A stretch of 64,000 bases of DNA from an archaeon. Lineage in GTDB: Archaea > Methanobacteriota_B > Thermococci > Methanofastidiosales > NM3. The position numbers were made by a program, and so were the translations under genes. Position 1 is the stretch's first letter, and every line of letters begins with the position of its first letter. The DNA lies in the NCBI GenBank assembly GCA_004212155.1, contig RXIG01000004.1, forward strand, positions 1-64,000, in the 5' to 3' direction. This document shows positions 1 to 8,226 of the stretch, in pieces. The notes under the pieces are model-generated. The model saw nothing but the letters and a program-made list of their open reading frames with translations, made no database searches and was not told the DNA's origin.

Positions 1-357
1 ATATGTCATATACACAGTATTGTAATCGGTCACGTCGACTGGATTTTCCGTTTGTGCATTAACGTACCCACCGTTATTGTAAAATATTTTATCTGCCCGC
101 AGGTAGATGTATGTTGAAGCTTCCGTATATATGTAGGGGCTGTCGCTGTCCCCCTGCACCCATGAGACATGCTCCGTGCCGTCTTCGTACAGATAGAGGG
201 GGGATTCAGGGGGGCTGGCCGCAGACCACACCTCGTCCCACGACGCTCCGTCCCATTGCAGCACGCGCTTGACGTCCGCCCATGATGCCCCGTCCCAGTG
301 CTTGATCGACGGCACGCTCACCCAGCCGCTTCCGTTCCAGTATTTTGCGTCGGCCAT
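1..357 (-). CDS. Putative viral tail/adhesin-like protein with W-[DN]-G-x-x-W repeats (runs off the window edge)
   Basis: Manual translation from ATG 357, preceded by GTGA: MADAKYWNGSGWVSVPSIKHWDGASWADVKRVLQWDGASWDEVWSAASPPESPLYLYEDGTEHVSW...VDVTDYNTVYMTY. It is open to base 1 and therefore absent from the ORF track. Confidence 0.65.
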   Translation of the reverse strand, partial: MADAKYWNGSGWVSVPSIKHWDGASWADVKRVLQWDGASWDEVWSAASPPESPLYLYEDGTEHVSWVQGDSDSPYIYTEASTYIYLRADKIFYNNGGYVNAQTENPVDVTDYNTVYMTY

Positions 358-361
358 GCTA

Positions 362-789
362 TCACGTCGAGGTATCGAACCAGAAGTCTCCCGTGTTCTC
401 GGCTGTAGGCTGGCTGTCCTGGACCGTGGCGCCCGCGACTCCCGTTCGGTGATCGGCCCGTCGCCGAGCACCTCGACGATCAGCCACGCCTTGCTCTCGA
501 CGTACACGCCGGGCTCGACGCCCGCCCAGTCGAAGTGCTCCATCGTGGTGCCGTCGTCGGGACACCCCTTTCTCCTGAGGCGGAGCACCTTGTAGGTCTC
601 GCCGTAGGGCGTCGTTACCGTCCTGAGTCCCTTAGGTATCAATTCCGGGGCCACCGCGTACACGGCGCTCCCTCCGTTCAGGTAGAGGTCGTCCATCAGG
701 TCCTTCCTGCTGTAGGGCAGCCCCTCCTCCGCCGCGCGTATGGCGCGGTCATATTGCCGTTGATTGCACGAGCTCATATTGCATGCCAT
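362..789 (-). pseudogene. Frame-broken or chimeric element gene
   Basis: ATG 789 abuts the upstream TAA and reads MACNMSSCNQRQYDRAIRAAEEG...IVEVLGDGPITE. Near 445 the protein-like sequence continues in the -1 frame (GVAGATVQDSQPTAENTGDFWFDTST*, stop at 362). Confidence 0.5.
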
Positions 790-1017
790 TTACTTGCCTC
801 CCGTTGCGCTCTTGTCGTACCACCAGCTCACGCCCATGTACCCCGTGAGTGCGGTGAGCATCCCGAACATGAGCCCCGTGAGCCAGTCGGGCACCGAGGT
901 CATGTCCTGGAACACCACCCCGTAGGTGAGGGTGAGAAGGGCGATGCTGAAGGTGATGGCGAGAACGAGCACGACCTGACGCTTGGTCGAGGTCCGTATG
1001 GTCTCCAGGTTGCTCAT
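790..1017 (-). CDS. Small two-TM membrane protein (holin-like topology)
   Basis: 75 aa with two hydrophobic helices. SD AAGGTG overlaps the CCA end of the upstream tRNA. Confidence 0.65.
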   Translation of the reverse strand: MSNLETIRTSTKRQVVLVLAITFSIALLTLTYGVVFQDMTSVPDWLTGLMFGMLTALTGYMGVSWWYDKSATGGK

Positions 1018-1027
1018 GTGGACACCT

Positions 1028-1102
1028 TGGAGCCGGCGGAGAGATTTGAACTCCCAACCTGTCCCTTACTGGGGGACCGCACTCCCGTTGTGCTACGCCG
1101 GC
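1028..1102 (-). tRNA. Atypical tRNA-Thr, anticodon AGU, C33, encoded CCA
   Basis: Minus strand: GCCGGCG TA GCAC AACGGGA GTGC G GTCCC CCAGTAA GGGAC AGGTT GGGAG TTCAAAT CTCTC CGCCGGC T CCA. All four stems pair. G1-C72, C2-G71, G35/U36 and U73 fit archaeal Thr identity. TATA-like TATATATAA at about 1136-1144. Confidence 0.85.
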
Positions 1103-1277
1103 TTGAGTTTCTCAAACATATGTAGTAATAAGGGGTTATATATAGGATTGGAAAGAGTGCAAATCCATCCGCCGCCTGGCTTAACGTCTAGAAAGGAATA
1201 AATATCTTGAAGTTCTATAATGGTGTGACGGACGAATCGACACATACTGGCATGGTAGGGTAAATGTTCCAAATGAG

Positions 1278-1325
1278 CGCCTGTTAAGCGGATGGTCGCA
1301 GGTTCAAGTCCTGCTGACGGCGCCA
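1278..1325 (+). repeat. att site: 3' half of tRNA-Asn(GUU)
   Basis: CGC CTGTTAA GCGGA TGGTC GCAGG TTCAAGT CCTGC TGACGGC G CCA followed by a T-tract. There is no D-arm or 5' acceptor strand upstream, and only 3 bp of the anticodon stem remain. Confidence 0.85.
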
Positions 1326-1552
1326 TTTTTATACTCTATTTTTCGATAACTGATTTTTTTTCTTTTTCTGATTCTTGCACTGTTTTCCAGGCTCAAACGA
1401 TCTCTCACCCTCAACACTACTGTTGGCTGGACACATCCTCACGTTCGTACGGCGCTTCAACTGATGCATCCTTTTTCAGGATCAGACATTACAAGGCCAA
1501 ACAACTCCAAACATTTTTAATGGAATATACAGACTGTTACATGGTGAAAAAC

Positions 1553-2035
1553 ATGAAGATTTTGGTGCTTTATTATTCTAGTACGGGCAACACGAGATCA
1601 CTTGCCGAATCCATTGCAGAAGGCGTCAGCGAGGCCGGTGCTGAGGCGGTTCTGCGGTCGACCGAGGAAGTGACGAAAAACGACTTCATCGAGTGCCAGG
1701 GCGTCATTGCGGGCTCGCCCGTCTATTTCGGGACGATGGCATGGCCGCTGAAGAAGGTCTTTGACGAGTTCGTCACCCTTCGCCGCCAGGGCAAGTCCCA
1801 GGGCAAGGTGGGTGCGGCGTTTGCCACCGCGGGGCATGTCAACGGCGGCAAGGAGACGACGATGATATCCATCATCCAGGCCCTTTTGATATATGGCATG
1901 GTCATCGTTGGCGACCCCAAGGATGCCAGCGGCCACTACGGTGTCGCCTCGATCGGAGCCCCGGATGAGCAGGCAAGGGAGGATGGAAAGAAGCTAGGGA
2001 AACGCGTCGTTTCCGTTGCAGAAAAGCTCTTTTGA
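1553..2035 (+). CDS. Flavodoxin-fold NAD(P)H:quinone oxidoreductase (WrbA-like)
   Basis: MKILVLYYSSTGNTRSLA, GSPVYFG, GGKETT motifs; SD GGTGA before ATG 1553. Confidence 0.88.
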   Translation: MKILVLYYSSTGNTRSLAESIAEGVSEAGAEAVLRSTEEVTKNDFIECQGVIAGSPVYFGTMAWPLKKVFDEFVTLRRQGKSQGKVGAAFATAGHVNGGKETTMISIIQALLIYGMVIVGDPKDASGHYGVASIGAPDEQAREDGKKLGKRVVSVAEKLF

Positions 2036-2063
2036 GCTTTCTTTTTCCTTTCTTATCGAAATT

Positions 2064-2080
2064 CCGAAAGCCTTTTATAG
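2064..2080 (+). promoter_or_regulatory. BRE-TATA promoter of the tRNA gene
   Basis: CCGAAAGCC-TTTTATA about 30 nt upstream of the tRNA. Confidence 0.7.
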
Positions 2081-2107
2081 TCACTGTTGCAATCTCTCTT
2101 CACGCAG

Positions 2108-2181
2108 GGGCCTATAGCTTAGTTTGGTGGAGCTCCCGGCTCATAACCGGGCGGTCAGGGGTTCAAATCCCCTTAGGCCCA
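2108..2181 (+). tRNA. tRNA with CAU anticodon, most likely tRNA-Ile2 (agmatidine C34)
   Basis: GGGCCTA/TAGGCCC acceptor stem, CCCGG CTCATAA CCGGG anticodon arm, A73. A GGGCC start is typical of archaeal Ile tRNAs, not of initiator or elongator Met. Confidence 0.88.
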
Positions 2182-2240
2182 CTTTTTAATAATTTAAAAA
2201 ATGATATATAGTGATAAAAAAGAAAAAGATTGGGACACGA

Positions 2241-3161
2241 TCACTCGAAAAAGTCGTCGTGGTCCTCTTCGATCTGCGCCCTCTCTTCTGCATAATCTAG
2301 CGCATCTTCGTATGCCGCATCGCGCTCTGTAGCGAACTCGTCAATGAGGGGTGCAAGTGCTTGCCCTGTTTCAGGGAATGCTGCAGGATGCGTGCTTTCA
2401 AGCGTGATAATGCTGTCTATGTTGCTTGTCAGCGTCGCATCATGGTTGTTTTGTTCAGTCAGGTAGTTGTTTGCAGCCTGCCAGTTGCCCTGCCCTGCCG
2501 CGTATGCAGCCTCTTTTAGGAAGCCGAGCGACTTGTTGGCATTGTCACACATCGATACGAGGTATGCCGTATACTGTTTGACATAGGCGACGTCGATCTT
2601 TTGTGAGAGCTCATGCATCGACTCGGCAGTCAGGAGCAGATCGTCCCACTTCTCCTGTGATAGGTTTGCCGTTGTCGTCGTTGCTTGGTAGTTGCTATTG
2701 TTAAAGTAGTAGACCGCATCGCTGTACTGTTGATACGCGGTGCTAAACGTGGTGAAGAAGCTGTCGTAGTGTTGGCTGAACTTGTGCGCATAGATCATCT
2801 TGTTGTTGTAACTGATCTGTTCGATGAACGCATCGATCTCATCTTCCCAGAGATCGACATAATCGGAAAGATAATCTTTGTCAAGGTCGCGTGCCACCGG
2901 TCCAAGCGCATTTACCTCTGTCTTTGCAGCTTGATAGTGATCGATGGCGGAATCGAATTGGGCGAGCGCGAGGTCGTACTGTTCTTGATTTGCAGCCGTG
3001 TTCCCTTCGTCTTTAGCGTCGTTTCCCTCGCTGATGTGGGCATTTGCCGCATCAACATGCTCGTTCCATGCATCTATGTTTTCATCACTGCCACCAATGC
3101 ATCCTGATACCGCGATGAGCGGGATGAGAAGCAGTGCGATCAAGAGTATAGATCTTTTCAT
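2241..3161 (-). CDS. Hypothetical helical lipoprotein
   Basis: Signal peptide with SGCIGG lipobox; acidic, all-alpha sequence pattern. Confidence 0.8.
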   Translation of the reverse strand: MKRSILLIALLLIPLIAVSGCIGGSDENIDAWNEHVDAANAHISEGNDAKDEGNTAANQEQYDLALAQFDSAIDHYQAAKTEVNALGPVARDLDKDYLSDYVDLWEDEIDAFIEQISYNNKMIYAHKFSQHYDSFFTTFSTAYQQYSDAVYYFNNSNYQATTTTANLSQEKWDDLLLTAESMHELSQKIDVAYVKQYTAYLVSMCDNANKSLGFLKEAAYAAGQGNWQAANNYLTEQNNHDATLTSNIDSIITLESTHPAAFPETGQALAPLIDEFATERDAAYEDALDYAEERAQIEEDHDDFFE

Positions 3162-3391
3162 TGTGAGACACCTAAAAAATCTTTGTGTGCTTTCTATTTA
3201 AACGTTGCTTTGATTATGTTAGTTCTCGTGCTATTGAAAGAGTTATTTTTTCGTCGTTGATGCTTTAATCTCCATTTTTTATGGCTCAGAGCCAATATGA
3301 TTTGCTGCATTGGCGTGGCATTTAACGAAGTGGAATAATACCTTCAAAGAATAAAAGGGCACCATTACCTATCGCGCATGGAGCTACGTTA

Positions 3392-4060
3392 TCAAAGGAC
3401 ACGTATCAATGGTGGTATCTCGCTAAGCGAATGTACGATGAAGTCACACGGGGCATCATGTGGTTCACGGCGGTGCTTGTCCATGCATATCGTGTGCATC
3501 CCGCATTCGCGAGCCCCGCTTATGTATTCGACACGGTCATCGACGAAGACGGCGTCGCTCGCATCGCAGTGCGCAATGGACAGCGCCGTCTCAAACATCT
3601 TTCGGTCTGGCTTGCTGTACCCGACCGTCTCGGAGATGAGAACGTGGGTGAAAAATGATTCAAGTCCGAGGCGCAGGATCTTTTCCCACTGTTTGAGCGA
3701 CCGGCCGTTCGAGATGATGTTTACCTCCATTCCCATCTTCTTGAGCTCTATTAGCGTAGACACTGTATCGCTGTACGGATGCATGTTGGCAAACTTGGTG
3801 TTGTGGTATCCTATGATGCCTGCGGCGATGAGCCGGTAGTTCTTCTCGCCGATGGTCTCCTCGACGAGGAGATCGAAGTGGCCCGGGTAGTTCGACCCCT
3901 TTCTCCTGACGATCTCGACAAGCTTCTTGCATCCCCCTTCGGGGGTGAGCGGCAAGCCCTGGTCGATCATCGCATGCACGGCGGCATTGCGAGCTAGACG
4001 CGCAAGGCGCGTCGTGTTGTGCAGCGTGTCGTCAAGGTCGAAGAACACGGTTGATATCAT
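3392..4060 (-). CDS. HAD-superfamily hydrolase (TIGR02253-like)
   Basis: FFDLDDTL motif I, QWEKILRLGL, KP, FVDD. Confidence 0.9.
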   Translation of the reverse strand: MISTVFFDLDDTLHNTTRLARLARNAAVHAMIDQGLPLTPEGGCKKLVEIVRRKGSNYPGHFDLLVEETIGEKNYRLIAAGIIGYHNTKFANMHPYSDTVSTLIELKKMGMEVNIISNGRSLKQWEKILRLGLESFFTHVLISETVGYSKPDRKMFETALSIAHCDASDAVFVDDRVEYISGARECGMHTICMDKHRREPHDAPCDFIVHSLSEIPPLIRVL

Positions 4061-4084
4061 AATAAGAATAGAAGGGAAGGAACA

Positions 4085-5080
4085 TTAAAGAGTTATCGTT
4101 CTTCCCGATGGGAGCGCGGCCTCTATACTGCCCGTATCGGTGACGGTGCCGAGCTTGAACGTGGGATAGTGCTTGTTGAGCAGCCTGTGCGCCGTCTCGG
4201 CGTCCTCCGGGCGAACGATCACAACGAAGCCGATACCCATGTTGAACGTCTTGTACATCTCCTCGTCCGAGACCTCCCCGAAGTGCTGTATCGCCTGGAA
4301 GATGGGCGATGCGTGCGGCATCTCGAGCGAGAAGCCAACACCCTTCTTGAGGCGAAGCAGGTTGAGGAGCCCAGAGCCAGTGATGTGCACAAGGCCCGTT
4401 GGACGGCACATCTCGAGCAGGTCAAGCACAGGCTTTACGTAGATGCGGGTCGGCTCGAGGAGCAGGTAGTAGCTCTCCTTCGGTATGACCTTGCGTGCGA
4501 GCGTGAGGCCGTTGGAGTGTATTCCCGAGCTCTCTATGCCAAGCACCACATCCCCCAGGGATATCTCGTCGCCGGAGATGATCTTGTCCTTGTCGACGAT
4601 GCCAATGGCAGTGCCCATGAGGTCGATGCCGTCGCCATCTCCCGAGAGGAGCTCGGGCACGGTGGCCGTCTCGCCGCCAACGATCGCCACGTCAGCCTCT
4701 CGGGCGCCGCGAAGCAGTCCCTCACCAAGACGTTCCATGACGTAGCTGTCGGGGCGTTGCACCGATATGGCGTCAACGAACGTGATCGGTGTCGCACCGA
4801 CACAGATGATGTCGTTTACGTTCATGGCCATGAGGTCAACTCCAAGCGTCTCGTAGCGCTGGAGCTCCCTGCCGACGAGGATCTTCGTTCCTACGCCGTC
4901 GGTGCTCACGGCAAGGGCACGGTCGCCCAGGTCGACAAGCCCGGAGAAATGGCCAAGCGAGCCGAGCGGCGCGCCGACCTTGCCCTGTCTGAGCGCATGC
5001 GTCTGAGCGACAAAGGCCGCAAGCGAGGAGACCGCCTCTTCCTCCTTTCGTATGTCCACGCCTGAGGATGCATAGTCCAT
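4085..5080 (-). CDS. purM: AIR synthetase
   Basis: MDYASSGVDI, STDGVGTK, GGETA, SSGIHSNG, HITGSG, TFNMGIG. Confidence 0.96.
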   Translation of the reverse strand: MDYASSGVDIRKEEEAVSSLAAFVAQTHALRQGKVGAPLGSLGHFSGLVDLGDRALAVSTDGVGTKILVGRELQRYETLGVDLMAMNVNDIICVGATPITFVDAISVQRPDSYVMERLGEGLLRGAREADVAIVGGETATVPELLSGDGDGIDLMGTAIGIVDKDKIISGDEISLGDVVLGIESSGIHSNGLTLARKVIPKESYYLLLEPTRIYVKPVLDLLEMCRPTGLVHITGSGLLNLLRLKKGVGFSLEMPHASPIFQAIQHFGEVSDEEMYKTFNMGIGFVVIVRPEDAETAHRLLNKHYPTFKLGTVTDTGSIEAALPSGRTITL

Positions 5081-5085
5081 CGTGG

Positions 5086-5472
5086 TCACTCCCTGATACC
5101 GAGCATGCGAAGCGCCAGGTGGGCGGCGTTGTCGCCGTTGTTGATACCCACGCACGCCACGGGTACGCCCTTTGGCATCTGCGCTATCGAGAGGAGGGCG
5201 TCAAGCCCTCCGAGCGCCGCGGCCACGGGCACGCCTATGACTGGTCGTTTCGTGTGCGAAGCGAGGACACCCGGGAGCGCGGCGGAGAGGCCCGCAATGG
5301 CGATAAAGACCTTTGCATCCTGGCCTGCGAGCTCCTGCACGCGCGCCGGGTCCCGGTGGGCCGAGGCGACCTCGACCCGGTATGTCACGTCGTGTGCCTT
5401 GAGTACCCGCTCTGCCTTCTCGACGATCGGCATGTCCGACGTGCTGCCCACAACGATGAGGATGTCTTCCAT
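5086..5472 (-). CDS. purE: AIR carboxylase / N5-CAIR mutase (short form)
   Basis: [33 protein letters not shown]. Confidence 0.94.
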   Translation of the reverse strand: MEDILIVVGSTSDMPIVEKAERVLKAHDVTYRVEVASAHRDPARVQELAGQDAKVFIAIAGLSAALPGVLASHTKRPVIGVPVAAALGGLDALLSIAQMPKGVPVACVGINNGDNAAHLALRMLGIRE

Positions 5473-6774
5473 CTAGTGCACCAGATGCTGCTTCTTTTCA
5501 TGCTGTGGGAGGAAGTCGGTGCCCGGAAGGCGTATCTCCACCGCATGGGCGATCTTTTCTGCCCTGATTTTTGCTTCCTCTGCAGTGTCGGCGAGCGCGA
5601 GCGCCACACCGAGCCTCCTGTCGAACTTTGCCTGCGTCTTGCCGAAGAATCGAATGGCGGACTGCGGGTACATGTTCATCGCATCGTAGAGGTTGCCGAA
5701 CTCGGCGTCCCAGCCGTCGTGCGGGCTCTTGATGACGTGTGACGCACCCGCCTTGAGCGGCTCGATGATGTTGAATCCGTTCTGTTTGACCGATGGGATG
5801 GGAAGGCCCATTACGGCGCGCACGTGCAGTCCCTGCTCCGAGTAGCCTGGCGGATTGGTGATCATCGTGACCATGCCAGTGTCGTGCGGACGAGGGGATA
5901 TCTCGTTTGCCCAGACCTCGTCTCCCTTGACGAACAGCTCGCAGCCGAAGAGGCCGAGGCCGCCGAGTGTGTTCGTGATCTTTTCCGTCGTCTTGTAGAT
6001 GTTCTCCTCGGCCTTGTCGCTCACCTCTGCGGGCTGCCATGATGAGTGGTAGTCGCCCTCGATCTGGTAGTGTCCCACCGGTTTGGGGAACGTGGTGACG
6101 ATCTTGCCGTTCTCGTCGAAGTGACGCACCGCAAGCTCGGTTACCTCGATGTCGAAGTCGATGTGCTCCTCGACGATGACCCAATCGCCCTGGCCGCGTG
6201 CATCCTCGTTGGCGCGCTTCCATGCCTGTTCGACGTCCTCAGGGCCCTTCACGAAGTGCGAACCGTGGCCGGACGACGACATGATGGCCTTCGACCAGCA
6301 CGGATACCCGATCTGTTCACATGCGTCCCTGAGCTCGTCGAGCGAGTGTGCATAACGGTACTTCGATGCGCGCACTCCTGCCTCCTTGGATATGAGCTCG
6401 CGTGAGCGCTCCCTGTGCATTGTGACGTATGTGGCCCGTGCGTTGGGTATGACGTTCCATCCGTCGTCCTCGAGGGACTGGAGGACATCGAGGTTGATCG
6501 CCTCGATCTCGGGGATGATGGCGTCGGGCTGTTCGTATTCGATGAGCGAGCGCAACGCCCCTCCGTTTTTCATGTCGATGGTGTAGTCGCGATGAGCCAC
6601 CTGCTGTGCAGGCGCGCGTGCATACCTGTCGACGGCAACGGTCTCGATCCCGAGCCGCTGAGCCTCGATGATGATCTCCTTTCCCAGCTCACCTGAACCA
6701 AGCAGCATCAGCTTGGCCTTCGTCTTAGTGAGCGGCGTACCCAAAATTTCCCTTTTCTTTCTTTCGTGTGCCAT
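5473..6774 (-). CDS. purT: Formate-dependent GAR transformylase
   Basis: LLGSGELGKE, IPEIEAI, MSSSGHG, EISPRPHDTG. Confidence 0.96.
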   Translation of the reverse strand: MAHERKKREILGTPLTKTKAKLMLLGSGELGKEIIIEAQRLGIETVAVDRYARAPAQQVAHRDYTIDMKNGGALRSLIEYEQPDAIIPEIEAINLDVLQSLEDDGWNVIPNARATYVTMHRERSRELISKEAGVRASKYRYAHSLDELRDACEQIGYPCWSKAIMSSSGHGSHFVKGPEDVEQAWKRANEDARGQGDWVIVEEHIDFDIEVTELAVRHFDENGKIVTTFPKPVGHYQIEGDYHSSWQPAEVSDKAEENIYKTTEKITNTLGGLGLFGCELFVKGDEVWANEISPRPHDTGMVTMITNPPGYSEQGLHVRAVMGLPIPSVKQNGFNIIEPLKAGASHVIKSPHDGWDAEFGNLYDAMNMYPQSAIRFFGKTQAKFDRRLGVALALADTAEEAKIRAEKIAHAVEIRLPGTDFLPQHEKKQHLVH

Positions 6775-6787
6775 GCGTTTACAACTC

Positions 6788-8224
6788 CTACGTTTCTATC
6801 TTGCCTATGCCCGGAATCCAGTCGATCGTCTTTCCGATGAGTCCCCGGGCCTCCCTGTAGCGGAATATGTCCCGTGCAAGGTCTGCCTGGTCCTGGCGCT
6901 TTTGCATGAGTGCCTTGGTGCCTATGTCTTTCCTGTGGAACAGCTTCCAGTCCGATTTGATGTGGGATATCGCCTGCTCGACCTTCTGGCTTGCCTCCTC
7001 GACGGTGTCTGCCGAGGCATAGACCTCGAGAGCACGCGAACCTCCCGTGTAATAGGTTCCATTCTCTTCGTACATCGATCCGAAGTAGATGTGCGAGCCG
7101 CTTTGCGCCACCTTGTCGAAGTCGATGGCGACCTCGTGGCCCTTGCCCATACCTCGCTCGTTGGGATATCCCTTCGGTGCCACGACCTTGACGACATTGG
7201 CCTTCTCCTCAAACTTCGCATCGATGTTGGCGACGTTTCCGTTCATCATGCCGTTGACGATCTCGTCGAAGTTTTGCAGCTGCGGCATGACGTTTACCGT
7301 CTCGGGGTCGCCCAGGCGCGAGTAGAACTCGATGACGGTGGGTCCCCACTTCTCCGTCAGCATGAACTGCCCCGAAAGGACGCCAAAGTAAGGTTCGCCC
7401 GTCTCTTTCTTGATAGCCTGCACGACCTTCTTCACGATGTCAAACGATGTGTCGTAGTCGCGTTTGGTGAGGAAGGGAAGGACGTTTCCCGTGCCGGCAA
7501 TCGAGCCCATGCCGCCTGTCTCGGGTCCGATGTCCTCAACGAAGGCGTGAGGGTGGTCCTGGACCATCTTGAGCGGCACGATGTGCGTGCCGTCGGTGAA
7601 GCACTGGAGCGTGTACTCGACCCCCTCTACCCGCTCTTCGATGAGGATGGGGTCCTCGAGGTCCTTTGAGAGCTTCTGCTCGACGATGTCAGAGACATGT
7701 CGCTTCTTGGCGTGGCTCTTTTCCTCCTTGAGGTAGGCCTGGATGTCGGCGATGACCTTGACGCCCTTTCCCCCCGCCTGGCGCGTAGGCTTGATCGCGA
7801 CCGAGCCGGGATATTCGTCGATATAGCGTATCGCCTCGTTGATGTTCGAGAACGTCTTGAAGCGCAGCCTTCCGTGCATGCCGTACTTTTCCATGAGCTT
7901 TCGCATGAATCCCTTTGATTTCTCGATCTCGGCGGTCTTCTGCGATGCGCCGATGACATTGAATCCCTCTTTGCGAAGCGTGTCGGAGACCCCGGCAAAT
8001 AGCGATTCCTCGCTGCCTATGAAGATCACGTCGGGCTGCACATTGTGCGCCACCTTGGCCACCGCCGCGCCGTCGAGAATGTCGACGACGTGGAGTTCCT
8101 TTGACATGGCCAGGAGGCCCGGATTCCTGGCATCGCTTGCCGTATAGACCTCATAACCGCTTCGTGTTGCTGTCTCGGCGATGGCGTGTTCCCTGCCACC
8201 GCTTCCAACGATCATAAACTTCAT
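6788..8224 (-). CDS. purD: GAR synthetase
   Basis: VGSGGREHAI, GGKGV, QDH, TGGMGS, RLGDPE. Confidence 0.95.
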   Translation of the reverse strand: MKFMIVGSGGREHAIAETATRSGYEVYTASDARNPGLLAMSKELHVVDILDGAAVAKVAHNVQPDVIFIGSEESLFAGVSDTLRKEGFNVIGASQKTAEIEKSKGFMRKLMEKYGMHGRLRFKTFSNINEAIRYIDEYPGSVAIKPTRQAGGKGVKVIADIQAYLKEEKSHAKKRHVSDIVEQKLSKDLEDPILIEERVEGVEYTLQCFTDGTHIVPLKMVQDHPHAFVEDIGPETGGMGSIAGTGNVLPFLTKRDYDTSFDIVKKVVQAIKKETGEPYFGVLSGQFMLTEKWGPTVIEFYSRLGDPETVNVMPQLQNFDEIVNGMMNGNVANIDAKFEEKANVVKVVAPKGYPNERGMGKGHEVAIDFDKVAQSGSHIYFGSMYEENGTYYTGGSRALEVYASADTVEEASQKVEQAISHIKSDWKLFHRKDIGTKALMQKRQDQADLARDIFRYREARGLIGKTIDWIPGIGKIET

Positions 8225-8226
8225 AT

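Larger units (their letters stand above)
1..1325. mobile_element. Right end of an integrated provirus-like element, bounded by an att site made of the 3' half of tRNA-Asn
   Basis: A half tRNA-Asn sits at 1278-1325. To its left are tail-like ORFs, a small 2-TM protein and an extra tRNA, all on the minus strand; 180-1020 looks more GC-rich than the flank. Integrase and left att are not in the window. Confidence 0.75.

Noticed and set aside
1278-1325. Half tRNA-Asn as a trans-spliced split tRNA
   Set aside because: I see no bulge-helix-bulge or complementary leader. The break precedes the anticodon loop, and the adjacent viral-like genes favour an att site.
1093-1326. ORF MAPSAGLEPATIRLTG as an integrase fragment
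   Set aside because: It is the typical antisense translation of a tRNA 3' half, and it has no tyrosine-recombinase motifs.
1292-1552. N-terminal extensions in the ORF track (also purM, purD, purQ, the aminotransferase and the HD protein)
   Set aside because: They overlap neighbouring genes or RNA. Downstream SD-linked ATGs match the family N-termini.
2108-2181. CAU tRNA as initiator or elongator Met
   Set aside because: It lacks A1-U72 and the three consecutive G-C anticodon-stem pairs of initiators; the acceptor stem is Ile-type.
5086-6774. Amber readthrough fusing purT to purE (TAG immediately followed by an in-frame ATG)
   Set aside because: Both proteins are complete on their own. Zero spacing also occurs with TAA (serS-tatD), and there are no pyl genes in the window.
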